A stretch of 41,914 bases of DNA from Actinomycetales bacterium (lineage in GTDB: Bacteria; Actinomycetota; Actinomycetes; Actinomycetales; CAVURS01), in assembly GCA_045807245.1 (NCBI GenBank), contig JBJMHS010000044.1:1-41914 (forward strand), read 5' to 3'. The translations under genes and the position numbers were made by a program. The notes beneath the pieces are model-generated. The model searched no databases. It had not been told where the DNA came from and was given only the letters and a program-made list of their open reading frames with translations. Below are positions 17,980 to 27,054 of this stretch, piece after piece (positions within the stretch are counted from its first letter, which is position 1; each line of letters opens with the position of its first letter).

Positions 17980-18846
17980 TTAGAGGCGGCGGAAGTGTGT
18001 CGACTGACGGACCAGGTTGCCGAGGCCGTAGCAGACGGCGTTGTCGGGATCGAGCTGCACGCAGTACGACACGTTCGACTCGGCCATGGCGGGGCCGGCC
18101 TTGAACGTGCGCGGCGCAAAGGGGTCGTCCCGCACGGCCTCGAAGCTGTACGAGCGCTTCACCCCGTCGCAGACGACCTGCGTCAGGCCCTGGCCCTGGA
18201 CGTAGTCCGGGTTCGGGTACGTGCCCTGCCAGATGACGCTGCTGAGGTACGCCGTGCCGTTGGCCGGTGCCTTGCACGCAACCTCGACGAACAGGTTGAC
18301 GTGCGTCTTCTCCGGTGGGATCACGAGCCCGTGCGTCACGTCGATCAGCGGGTCGGGTAGGTCGACTCTCACCGTCCGACAGTTGTTGCGCGGCAATGGA
18401 TCTACGCTGACTGTGAGGTTGCTGGCGCAGGCCTTCACATCGATGTCCTGACCGGTTGCCACACCCGTGAACACGAGGCTCGACGGGCGCTGCCCGGGCC
18501 GGACGAAACCGGGCTCGCAGCTGTCACCGTCGGGCTCGAACACCGAGCCGTTCGGCAGCACGCAGGAGAGCCTGGACGTCGGCATGTTCCGGTCGATGCC
18601 GTGCGCCCAGATGAGCGTGATGGCCAGGTCCGCGCCGCCGGGGCCGTTGTTCTGGGCGCTGAAGACGAAGGTGATCTGGTCCCCGGCCTCGGCCGACGTC
18701 ACACCTCCCGCGGTGTGCGCCCGCACCATCGCGACATCGGGTCCCGTCGCAGCTGAGGCCGACCCGCTGGGCAGGGCGAAGCCCGCGACAGCGAGAGCAG
18801 CGGCGGTGGCGGCGAGCACGATGCGGCGGCCGGACCTGCGCTTCAT
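17980..18846 (-). CDS. Secreted two-domain protein (DUF11/Ig-like plus Cys-paired beta domain)
   Basis: Signal peptide MKRRSGRRIVLAATAAALAVAG...ASA; ITFVFSAQNNGPG...DPLPRNN; C-terminal VEVAC...WQG...VVCDG; GAGGAG SD. Confidence 0.75.
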   Translation of the reverse strand: MKRRSGRRIVLAATAAALAVAGFALPSGSASAATGPDVAMVRAHTAGGVTSAEAGDQITFVFSAQNNGPGGADLAITLIWAHGIDRNMPTSRLSCVLPNGSVFEPDGDSCEPGFVRPGQRPSSLVFTGVATGQDIDVKACASNLTVSVDPLPRNNCRTVRVDLPDPLIDVTHGLVIPPEKTHVNLFVEVACKAPANGTAYLSSVIWQGTYPNPDYVQGQGLTQVVCDGVKRSYSFEAVRDDPFAPRTFKAGPAMAESNVSYCVQLDPDNAVCYGLGNLVRQSTHFRRL

Positions 18847-18938
18847 CGGGACTCCTCTGCCACGACCCCTGCAGTGCGAAGGTACGCCGACTCGCAGCGT
18901 CCGGACGGCGGTTCGTCAAAACGCCCGTGCGCCCTCCA

Positions 18939-19016
18939 CCGCGCGGTGCTCCCCGCAGCCCGGCTGTAGCGCCTCGGACGCCACCCATTCACCGGGCGCG
19001 GGGGCGCACCGCGCGG
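18939..19016. repeat. REP-like long hairpin containing copy 2 of the 26-bp repeat
   Basis: Left arm ccgcgcggtgctccccgcagcccgg (18939-18963) pairs with ccgggcgcgggggcgcaccgcgcgg (18992-19016). Confidence 0.8.
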
Positions 19017-19171
19017 GGTGGGGAGCACGACGGTGGGTGCCGGGATGTCGACACAGAGTGCGGGCCGTTGACCGGAGTCCGGCGCCGGTGTACATCAGGA
19101 GGGTCGCCGCTCCACAAGGAGCGGGCTGTCGGCGGACCAGGGCACCCGCAGCTGACGCTCAGGAGGTGCTG

Positions 19172-19966
19172 ATGCGCAAGTCCCTGTCCGCCGTACTCCT
19201 CGTTCTCTTCGCCTTGCTCGTCTCTGCGATGACGTCCGCGTCCGCGGCGGCCGCACCGGGCCCGACGCTGCACTTCTCGGTCAGCAGCCGGGTCGCCGTG
19301 CTCGCCCGCGGTGCGGCCCTTGCGGTGCCGGTGACGTACGTCTGTCCGGTGAAGTACAGCGGTTCCACGGGCTACGCGATCTTCACCGCTGAGGTACAGC
19401 AGCGGCGGGCCGACGGCACGCTGGTCGACGGCTTCGACGCCGGTGGGGGCAACGCGATCCTGACCTGCGACGGCGCCGTGCACGAGCACGAGGTCATCGT
19501 CCAACCGCAGACCCAGGGCGCATACGAGGCACCCGCATCGGCGACGGTGACGACAGGTGTCCTGGCCTGCAACGCAGCCGAGACGAACTGCAGGCAGCCG
19601 ACCAAGACCTACCAGGCTCAGCTGCGGGCCGCGGCTCCAGGCGACCCCGCGAACCAGCCGGTCGACGGCGCGGCGACGGTGCGGCCCGACGGAGGTGTGC
19701 TGCTGGCGCTGAACGTCGGATGCGCCCCGGGCAGCTTCGTCGTTGCCGACGCAACCTTCACGCAGCGGGTCCACGGCGACGATGCAGCGTTCGGCGAGAC
19801 GCGCAGCGAGCCGGGCTGCAACCGCACGACCACGACGCTCACCATCGAGATGGACTCGTTCCGGGCGCGCACCGGAGTCGCGTACGTGATCGGCGACCGC
19901 CAGACCTGCAGCCAGTCCAGCTGCACCCACTCCACAACGTTCCGCGGCACCGTCCAGATCACCTGA
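19172..19966 (+). CDS. Secreted protein with two tandem Cys-paired beta domains (DUF6299-like)
   Basis: AGGAGG SD; signal peptide ending ASA-AA; VPVTYVC...QQR...LTCDG and LNVGC...TQR...GCN repeats. Confidence 0.75.
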   Translation: MRKSLSAVLLVLFALLVSAMTSASAAAAPGPTLHFSVSSRVAVLARGAALAVPVTYVCPVKYSGSTGYAIFTAEVQQRRADGTLVDGFDAGGGNAILTCDGAVHEHEVIVQPQTQGAYEAPASATVTTGVLACNAAETNCRQPTKTYQAQLRAAAPGDPANQPVDGAATVRPDGGVLLALNVGCAPGSFVVADATFTQRVHGDDAAFGETRSEPGCNRTTTTLTIEMDSFRARTGVAYVIGDRQTCSQSSCTHSTTFRGTVQIT

Positions 19967-19978
19967 GGAGGTGGGTCC

Positions 19979-20740
19979 ATGCGGGCCCGAACGTTACTGA
20001 CGGCCACCGTCATGGCGGGGGCGCTGGCCGTGTTGCCGGCCCTGGCCCGCGGCGCCCCGTCGGCGCAGGCGGCCGTCTCCACGAGCATCGTGCTGTTCTA
20101 CAAGTTCGACACGCATCAGGGCGCGTCCGTCACGGACTCGTCCGCGTCGCAGCTGAACGGCACGTTGGTGAATGTCGCTGCGCCGGACTCGGCGTACGTC
20201 ACCGGGCGGACGGGGTACCACAAGGCGCTGAGTCTTGTTGCGGCGCAACGGCAGTACGTCAGCGTGCCGGAGGGGAACGCGCTCGACGTCAACCGTTTCA
20301 CGCTGGCCGCGCTGGTCCGGTACACGGGCGTCCAGACACCCGACACCCTGGATCGATGGGAGGTGATGGAGAAGGCCGGCGCGTACTGGCTCAACATCCG
20401 GACCAACGGGTTGATCCGGGCCGGCGGGTTCTTCGGCGCCTGCAACACGACGGCCAACTGGAAGTTCCTGGACAGCACGGTCGCCGTACCGACCAACACC
20501 TGGTCGCACGTGGCCGCGACGTACAACGGCTCCAAGCTCGTGCTCTACGTGAACGGCGTCGCGGCGGGCAGCATGAACGTGACCGGTACGACCTGCAGCA
20601 ACAACGAGCCCCTGGCGGTGGGGGCCAAGAACGCACCGTCGAAAGGCATTCTGGAGGCCTTCTGGGACGGCCAGCTGGACGACGTGCGGATCTACAACAA
20701 GGCCCTGACGGCGACCCAGATCGCGAACCTCGCTCCCTGA
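19979..20740 (+). CDS. Secreted LamG / ConA-like lectin-fold protein
   Basis: Signal peptide; YKFD...DSS..LNGTL, FTLAALV, WSHVAATYNGSKLVLYVNG, FWDGQLDDVRIYNKALT. Confidence 0.88.
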   Translation: MRARTLLTATVMAGALAVLPALARGAPSAQAAVSTSIVLFYKFDTHQGASVTDSSASQLNGTLVNVAAPDSAYVTGRTGYHKALSLVAAQRQYVSVPEGNALDVNRFTLAALVRYTGVQTPDTLDRWEVMEKAGAYWLNIRTNGLIRAGGFFGACNTTANWKFLDSTVAVPTNTWSHVAATYNGSKLVLYVNGVAAGSMNVTGTTCSNNEPLAVGAKNAPSKGILEAFWDGQLDDVRIYNKALTATQIANLAP

Positions 20741-20782
20741 GCGGCCGCCCGGCTGCCCGGCCCCGCAGGTCATCATGGGTGG

Positions 20783-22057
20783 ATGACCGGCGGAACGGAC
20801 GAGCGTGAGCCCGACCAGCGCCGCCCGGTCGAGTGGGTCGACCTCGGGGAGATCGGCCAGCCGGCGCCGGCCGAGGAGATCGGGACGGGCGACCCGACGC
20901 CGCGGCGGCAGGTGTCACGTCCGCGGACCGGCGTGGTCGTCGTCGCCGTTCTGGTGGTCCTGGCGTTCGTGGCGGCGCTGTTGCGGCAGGGTGACGGCCG
21001 CTCGACCGCCGATGCACACAGCGTTCCGACCATCTCGGCGACGGGCAGCGCGAGCTCGCCTACCTCGGACACCCCGGTCGACGCGACCGATCGGCCGCCG
21101 GAGGTCGGCGCCCCGCCCCGGGTCGTCCAGCTGTCCCCTCACCTGCTGGGCGTCCAGTCCGGATGGGAGCTGTTCGGACGCGGCTCCGGCGTCGTCGTAC
21201 GCGTCCAGCCGGCGGCCGGCCGGATGACCCTCACCACCGTCCCCGAGCTGGCCAGCAGCGGACCGGTGGCCTTCCTCGCCGGCGAGGCCGGGGCGATCAT
21301 CCGGCCGCTGGACGAGGTCCCCGGTTACCTCGTGCCCGACGGCGCGTCAGCGGCGCCGTTGAGCGGCCTGCTGAAGGCGGGCGGGGCGGCTCTGCCCGGA
21401 CCCGACCTGCGGCAGGTATGGGTCGACGGCGGGGCCGCGCGCCGTACCTCGGTCGTTCTCACCGACTTCGACGGGACGGCGACCGGCGTGCGGATGGTGA
21501 TTCCGTCGACGGCCATCGGACCGGTCGCCAGCGACGGTGACGGGTACGTCATGTTCTCCGGGATCGGTGGCGTGTACGACGTGCGGCCGGGTGGGGTGGA
21601 CCGGATCACGGCAGGCACGCCGGTCGCCGTGGGCGCGCAGCGGGTCCTGGCCATCGAGTGCAGCGACCAGTACACCTGCTCCACCGTGGTGCTCGGGCTG
21701 GTCGACGGGTCCCGCCGGGTCATCGGCGCCGGCTTCCCACCGACGTACTCGCTGGGTGTCATCTCGCCCGACGGCCGGACGGCAGCGGTGCCGGACCAGC
21801 TGCCGGACGGGAGGATCGGCCTCAGGCTGTTCGACCTCGAGAACGGGCGCTCCCGCTTGGTGCACCTGGACCTCAACCGGGAGCTGGCCGAAGGCGCCGC
21901 TGCCTGGGCGCCCGACTCGTCCTTGCTGTTCGCCCTGGACGCCGAGGGGCGCGTCGCGGTCGTCAACGCGGCGACCGCGGCGGTGCGCTCCCTCGGCGTG
22001 GCGCTGCCGCCCTTGTCCCAGTTGGCGATCCGGCCCCAAGTAGCATCGTCCGGGTGA
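20783..22057 (+). CDS. Single-pass membrane protein with probable extracytoplasmic beta-propeller
   Basis: TM segment GVVVVAVLVVLAFVAALL, Ser/Thr/Pro linker, ISPDGRTAAV and WAPDSSLLFA blade-like motifs; ATG 6 nt after CATCAT. Confidence 0.7.
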   Translation: MTGGTDEREPDQRRPVEWVDLGEIGQPAPAEEIGTGDPTPRRQVSRPRTGVVVVAVLVVLAFVAALLRQGDGRSTADAHSVPTISATGSASSPTSDTPVDATDRPPEVGAPPRVVQLSPHLLGVQSGWELFGRGSGVVVRVQPAAGRMTLTTVPELASSGPVAFLAGEAGAIIRPLDEVPGYLVPDGASAAPLSGLLKAGGAALPGPDLRQVWVDGGAARRTSVVLTDFDGTATGVRMVIPSTAIGPVASDGDGYVMFSGIGGVYDVRPGGVDRITAGTPVAVGAQRVLAIECSDQYTCSTVVLGLVDGSRRVIGAGFPPTYSLGVISPDGRTAAVPDQLPDGRIGLRLFDLENGRSRLVHLDLNRELAEGAAAWAPDSSLLFALDAEGRVAVVNAATAAVRSLGVALPPLSQLAIRPQVASSG

Positions 22058-22941
22058 CCGGGAACCGTCTGGCTGCACTGCTGCAGGACCGTGAGGTCGT
22101 CATGTTCGACGGCGGCATGGGCACACTGCTGCAGGACTCGGGCCTCGAGGACGGCGCAGCCGGCGAGCTGTGGAACGTCGAGCGCCCCGAGCAGGTCCGC
22201 GAGATCCACGAGCGGTACGCCGCGGCCGGCGCGACCTTCCTGACCACCAACACGTTCGGCGGCACCCGTCCGCGCCTCGACCTCCAGGGCGCGGGCGACC
22301 GCGTGGAGGAGCTGAACGTCGCCGCCGCGCAGATCGCCCGCGGTGTCGCCGATGCTCACGACGTCTACGTCGCCGGCGACCTCGGCCCGACCGGTGAGCT
22401 GCTCGAGCCCATGGGCACCATGACGGTCGAGCAGGCCCGGGATGTCTTCGCGGAGCAGCTCCGGGCACTGGTCCGCGGAGGCATCGACGTCGTGCTGATC
22501 GAGACGATGAGCGACCTGAACGAGGTCGAGGCCGCGGTGACGGCGGCCCGGCAGGAGGCGCCCGCCCTTCCCCTCATCGCGACGTTGAGCTTCGACACGA
22601 ACCTGCACTCGATGATGGGCGTGTCCCCCCGCCAGGCGGTCGAGCACCTCGCTGCGCTGGGCGTGGACGCCGTCGGCGCCAACTGCGGGCGCGGGCCGGA
22701 GGAGATGGAGGCCATCGCGGCCGAGCTCGTGGCCGCCCGGCCCGAAGGGCTGCTGCTCATCGCCCAGTCCAACGCCGGACTGCCGCAGCTGGTCGGGGAC
22801 CACTTCGAGTACGACGCGCCACCGGAGCAGCTGGCCGACCATGCGATCCACCTGCACGACGCGGGCATCGACCTCATCGGCGCCTGCTGTGGCTCCACGC
22901 CGGAGCATCTGCGCGCGATGCACGACGCGCTGGCCCGCTGA
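22054..22941 (+). CDS. Homocysteine S-methyltransferase family protein (stand-alone MetH Hcy-binding domain)
   Basis: FDGGMGT, TTNTFG, GDLGPTG, IETMSD, zinc ligands GANCG and GACCG, SNAGLP; GTG 7 nt after TAGCAT. Confidence 0.9.
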   Translation: MTGNRLAALLQDREVVMFDGGMGTLLQDSGLEDGAAGELWNVERPEQVREIHERYAAAGATFLTTNTFGGTRPRLDLQGAGDRVEELNVAAAQIARGVADAHDVYVAGDLGPTGELLEPMGTMTVEQARDVFAEQLRALVRGGIDVVLIETMSDLNEVEAAVTAARQEAPALPLIATLSFDTNLHSMMGVSPRQAVEHLAALGVDAVGANCGRGPEEMEAIAAELVAARPEGLLLIAQSNAGLPQLVGDHFEYDAPPEQLADHAIHLHDAGIDLIGACCGSTPEHLRAMHDALAR

Positions 22942-23001
22942 CCCACGCCGCACGCCCACGCACGATGGCCTGTCGCGAGGTCACCGCCGAGGGCAGAACC
23001 C

Positions 23002-24381
23002 TCAGCGCATGCTGCTGAGCGGCCGCCGCACGGCCAGGCCAGGACCCGGACCGGCCGGGACGTTCTGTGCCGGGCCCGACGCGCCGCTCCGAGGGAAGAT
23101 CGCGAGCCGGGACTGCGCCGTACCGTCGATCGCCAGCTGGGCACCACCGGCGACCAGCCCGAACGGCGTCGCCAGCAGGGCCTCGGTGCCGGGGAAGGTC
23201 GACTGCGCCGAGGGCCGGAAGCCGGGGTCCAGCGCACCGGTCCGTGGGTCGACCGCCGCGAGCGTGCGCCTCAGCTGCCCCCCGAAGGACACGTTGAAGT
23301 GGCCACCGACGTACAGCTCGCCGCCGTACAGGGCGACCGCCTGCGAGTTGCCGTCCGACGCGACCACCCACTGGCGCTGACCGCTCGCCAGGTCGTACGC
23401 CGCGGTCTGGCCACCCGGGCCGGCAATCGCGGCGAAGAGCGTCGTGCCGTTGGCGTCCAGGCTCAGCGCCTGGCACTTCACGCCGGGCGGGCAGACCGTC
23501 GACGGCGCCCATGACAGCCCTGTCCCCGAGCTGGCGCTGACCTGGCCGATGAACGTGTGCCCCACGTTGTTGATCAACGTGAACCCGCCGCCGATGGCGT
23601 ACGCGCTGGAGCCCGGCGGCCGCACGACGGCGAACACACCGCCGCCACTGACGTTCGGCGTGAAGCCGCTGTCGTTCGCGCCGCTCGTGGCGTCGAGCCG
23701 GGCCAGCCGGTGCTGGCTGTCGCCGGCGATGGTGGTGAACAGGCCGCCGACGACGAGCTTGGTGCCGTCGAGCAAGAGGGCGCGCACCTCGTCGTCGGGG
23801 GCCGGGTTGAACGAGCTGAGCGCCCCACCTCCGGAAATGGAGACCGCGGCCAGGTTGGCCCGGGTGGCACCGTTGACCGCCGAGAAGAGGCCACCGACGA
23901 AGAGCGTCCCGCCGCTCGACCGGTAGGCCAGCGCGTCGACCTGCCCGACGACGGCGGGGTTCCAGGTGCTGTCAGCGACACCGGTGGCGAGGTTGATGCG
24001 GGCCAGCCCGGCGTGCGTCTGCAGCTGACCGTTCGCCGGGTTGGTCAGGGAGGTGAACGTCCCGCCGAGGTAGACGTAGGTGCCGTCGGTCGCGAGCGCG
24101 TTGACCTGGCCGTCGGCCGGTATCCACGACGCCTTCGGGGTCCGGGTGACCGCGCCGAACCGCACCGGGATCGGACCGGGGAGCGCGTCGGCGGGGGAGC
24201 GCAGCGACGAGCCGGTCGCCAAGGCCGGGGAGGAGTCCGCCGAGCGGACCGCGGCGTGGTCCGGGCTGGCGCTCGTGACCGGAGCAGGGGCGAGCGCGAA
24301 CACGGCAGTGGGCACCGCCAGGGCCACGAGAACGCCGTGGCGCAGCAGGCTGAAGACGCGAGAGACCAGCGAACCGGGCAA
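23002..24381 (-). CDS. Secreted 7-bladed beta-propeller protein
   Basis: Signal-peptide-like N-terminus; seven repeats of V.AL....(Y/F)VGG.F such as VYLGGTF, LFVGGLF, LVVGGLF, LYVGGHF. TTG start uncertain. Confidence 0.75.
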   Translation of the reverse strand: MPGSLVSRVFSLLRHGVLVALAVPTAVFALAPAPVTSASPDHAAVRSADSSPALATGSSLRSPADALPGPIPVRFGAVTRTPKASWIPADGQVNALATDGTYVYLGGTFTSLTNPANGQLQTHAGLARINLATGVADSTWNPAVVGQVDALAYRSSGGTLFVGGLFSAVNGATRANLAAVSISGGGALSSFNPAPDDEVRALLLDGTKLVVGGLFTTIAGDSQHRLARLDATSGANDSGFTPNVSGGGVFAVVRPPGSSAYAIGGGFTLINNVGHTFIGQVSASSGTGLSWAPSTVCPPGVKCQALSLDANGTTLFAAIAGPGGQTAAYDLASGQRQWVVASDGNSQAVALYGGELYVGGHFNVSFGGQLRRTLAAVDPRTGALDPGFRPSAQSTFPGTEALLATPFGLVAGGAQLAIDGTAQSRLAIFPRSGASGPAQNVPAGPGPGLAVRRPLSSMR

Positions 24382-24515
24382 CGAAAACCCCCACCAGACG
24401 GCGGCCCGGAGCCTGGGCCGTGCTCAGAGTGTAGGAGTCACGGACAGTCACCGCAGGCGTTTGGGGTGTGATGTCTTGACACTTTGCGTGATCTGGATAC
24501 TCCGAACGGTCACCA

Positions 24516-25244
24516 CTACTGCTCGTGCGTGAACCGCAGGCTGCGCAGGCGCTGCCCGGCATACACGGTGGCGCCGACGGACACCACGACGAGCAGCACC
24601 AGCCCGGTCGGCAGGCCCACGGCAGCGTCGATGTTGAGATCGAGCGAGGCCGACCCGATCACCTTCTCGGTCAGGGCGAGTGACCACTGCTGGATGCTCA
24701 GCGCCTGCGCCCCAGGGACGTAGCCACCGACGACCGACTCCCACAACAGGGCGTAGATCAGCCCGACGACGACGGCGTTGCGGGTCAGCACGGCGAGCAG
24801 GAGGAAGAGCGCGCTGTAGGCGATCCCGGCCACGAGCGCGCCCAGCCCGTACGCGAGGGCGAGGTTGGACCGGCCACCGGCGGTGATCAGCCCCGCGACG
24901 AAGGTGGGTACGGCGCCGAAGAGCGTGGCGACGATGATCGCCACGCCCAGCTTGCTGTGCACGATCGACGGGCGGCTCAGCGGCTTGGCCAGCAGGTAGA
25001 CGATGGACCCGTCGTCGATCTCCGGCCCGATCGCCCCGGTGCCCGCGATCAGGCAGATCAGGGGCACCAGGAAGCCGAGCGCGAACGCACCGAGCAGCCC
25101 GGCGGCAGCCTCGGTGTCCTGGCCGTGGGCCAGCCGCACCACGACGGCGAGCAGCAGCAGGATCACCGGCAGCGCGAGCAGCAGGAGGGCCCGCCGTCGC
25201 CCGAGCAGGGCCCGCCAGGTCAGCCGGACGACGGTGGCGTTCAT
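24516..25244 (-). CDS. ABC-2 type transporter permease
   Basis: About 6 TM segments; IGPEIDDGSIVYLLAKPLSR motif. Confidence 0.88.
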   Translation of the reverse strand: MNATVVRLTWRALLGRRRALLLLALPVILLLLAVVVRLAHGQDTEAAAGLLGAFALGFLVPLICLIAGTGAIGPEIDDGSIVYLLAKPLSRPSIVHSKLGVAIIVATLFGAVPTFVAGLITAGGRSNLALAYGLGALVAGIAYSALFLLLAVLTRNAVVVGLIYALLWESVVGGYVPGAQALSIQQWSLALTEKVIGSASLDLNIDAAVGLPTGLVLLVVVSVGATVYAGQRLRSLRFTHEQ

Positions 25245-26170
25245 CGGGACACCAGGTAGGCGAAGACGCTCTCCAGCGACTCGTCGGCCGGCGAGACCTC
25301 GAAGAGCCGTACGGCGTGGGTCTGGGCCAGCACGGGCAGCCGCCGCGCGAACTGGGCGTAGTCGGTCGCCTGGACGTGCAGCGCGTCAGCGCGCAGCTCC
25401 ACGCCGGAGGTCGAGGCATCGGTGATGAGTGCCGCCGCCAGCGAGCGGTCGTCGCTGGACCGGAGCGTGTACTGATGGGGCCGCTCGGTCATCAGCCGCC
25501 GGATCTCCCGGAAGTCGCCGGACGCGGCATGCCGGCCTGCCACCATCACCTCGATGTTGGCGGCGATCTGCTCGACCTCCTCCAGGATGTGCGAGCTGAA
25601 CAGCACGACGCGGCCCTCGTCGCCGAGGGCGTGCAGCAGGTCCATCAGCTGCAGCCGCTGGCGCGGGTCCATCCCGTTGAACGGCTCGTCGAGCAGCAGC
25701 ACGTCCGGGTCGTGCACCAGCGCCGTCGCCATCTTGATGCGCTGCTTCATGCCCTTGGAGTACGTCGTGATGTCGCGTTCCTGCGCCGGCTCCATCTCCA
25801 CCGTCGCGATGGCCCTGGCCGCGGCTGCGGCGGGGTCCGGGACCTGCTGCAGCTTGGCGTTGGCCAGCACGAAGTCCCACCCGGACAAGCCGTCGTACAT
25901 CGCCTCCCGTTCGGGCACGAGGCCGATCCGGCGGTAGATCTGCTCGTTGTGCCAGGTGGGTTCCCCGCTGAGCGTCACCGTGCCGGACGAGGGTGCGAGG
26001 AACCCGCTCATCAGGTGGATCAAGGTCGACTTGCCGGCGCCGTTCGGGCCGAGCAGGCCGGTGATCCCAGGACCGATCTCCATCGTGACGTCGTTGACCG
26101 CGACCACGTTGCCGTACCAGCGGCTGACGCCGTCGAGGACGAGCGAGGTCGTCGCGCGCGGGGCGCTCAC
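25241..26170 (-). CDS. ABC transporter ATP-binding protein
   Basis: Walker A GPNGAGKS, signature YSKGMKQR, Walker B LLLDEP, SSH; GTG 26170 overlaps the upstream stop. Confidence 0.92.
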   Translation of the reverse strand: MSAPRATTSLVLDGVSRWYGNVVAVNDVTMEIGPGITGLLGPNGAGKSTLIHLMSGFLAPSSGTVTLSGEPTWHNEQIYRRIGLVPEREAMYDGLSGWDFVLANAKLQQVPDPAAAAARAIATVEMEPAQERDITTYSKGMKQRIKMATALVHDPDVLLLDEPFNGMDPRQRLQLMDLLHALGDEGRVVLFSSHILEEVEQIAANIEVMVAGRHAASGDFREIRRLMTERPHQYTLRSSDDRSLAAALITDASTSGVELRADALHVQATDYAQFARRLPVLAQTHAVRLFEVSPADESLESVFAYLVSR

Positions 26171-27054
26171 GATGCCGAGACCCTGCGGTAGCGCAGCTGC
26201 AGCACGACGTAGGCAGCCGCGATCTCGGCCAACGTCACGAGCAGGAAGACGACACCGCCGAGATGTCCGGGCGGTCCCTGCGGCGCGTTGGAGGTCGAGC
26301 CGAAGATCCACACCTGAACGCCGTCGACCAGCGGGAACGGTGCGATCAGACCGAGGTAGCCGGCCAGCGTCTCGTGGTGCGTGTCGACGGAGATGCCTTG
26401 CAGGATGGCCCCGACCAGCCCGACCACGATGAGGACGGCGATGATCGCCGCGATCCCGAACCCACGTCGCGGTGTGATGGAGGCGATCACCAGGCCGTAC
26501 CCCGCGAGGAGCAGAGAAAACAGCGCCACGCCGACGAAGCCGGACAGGACACCGCGGGTCTGGTCCCAGAACGGCAGCTTGCCGAGCAGCGCACCGGCGT
26601 ACAGCACGACGAGGGGCAGCCCCATGAGGACGAACAGCGCGCTCGCCATGGCGGCGTACTTGGCCAGGACGTAGTCGCCGCGGCTGAGCGGGCGGGACAG
26701 GTAGAGCGGCATCACCTTGAAGCGCAGGTCGCGTGACACGAGCGCCGGCGACTGCGACGCGACGAACACCGATACCGCGGTCCCGAGGTCGATGGCGTAC
26801 GCCGTGTACTCCAGCGGCAGCTTGTCGGCGTTGGTCAGCCCGGCCACCAGCGCGATGATCAGCGCGGGCAGGACCATCGCCGCCAAGAGGATCGCGGGCA
26901 TGACCTTGGACTTGGCGGAGCGGCCGAGGCCGTACGCGCCCTTGAGGCTCTCGACGTACAGCGACCGGAGCAGGTAGCCGCGTCCGAGCCGCGGCCCCTC
27001 GTAGTGGCGGAAGCCGATGTCGTGGATGACTCCGGCCTCAGGTGGCGGCGACAT
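26167..27054 (-). CDS. ABC-2 type transporter permease
   Basis: IHDIGFRHYEGPRLG, SRDLRFKVMPLYLSRPLSRGDYVLAK; about 6 TM segments. Confidence 0.88.
   Translation of the reverse strand: MSPPPEAGVIHDIGFRHYEGPRLGRGYLLRSLYVESLKGAYGLGRSAKSKVMPAILLAAMVLPALIIALVAGLTNADKLPLEYTAYAIDLGTAVSVFVASQSPALVSRDLRFKVMPLYLSRPLSRGDYVLAKYAAMASALFVLMGLPLVVLYAGALLGKLPFWDQTRGVLSGFVGVALFSLLLAGYGLVIASITPRRGFGIAAIIAVLIVVGLVGAILQGISVDTHHETLAGYLGLIAPFPLVDGVQVWIFGSTSNAPQGPPGHLGGVVFLLVTLAEIAAAYVVLQLRYRRVSAS

Noticed and set aside
17905..18956. GTGCTCCCCGC resembles the start of actinobacterial type I-E CRISPR repeats
   Set aside because: Only two copies about 1 kb apart, no regular spacers, the rest of the repeat is missing and there are no cas genes.
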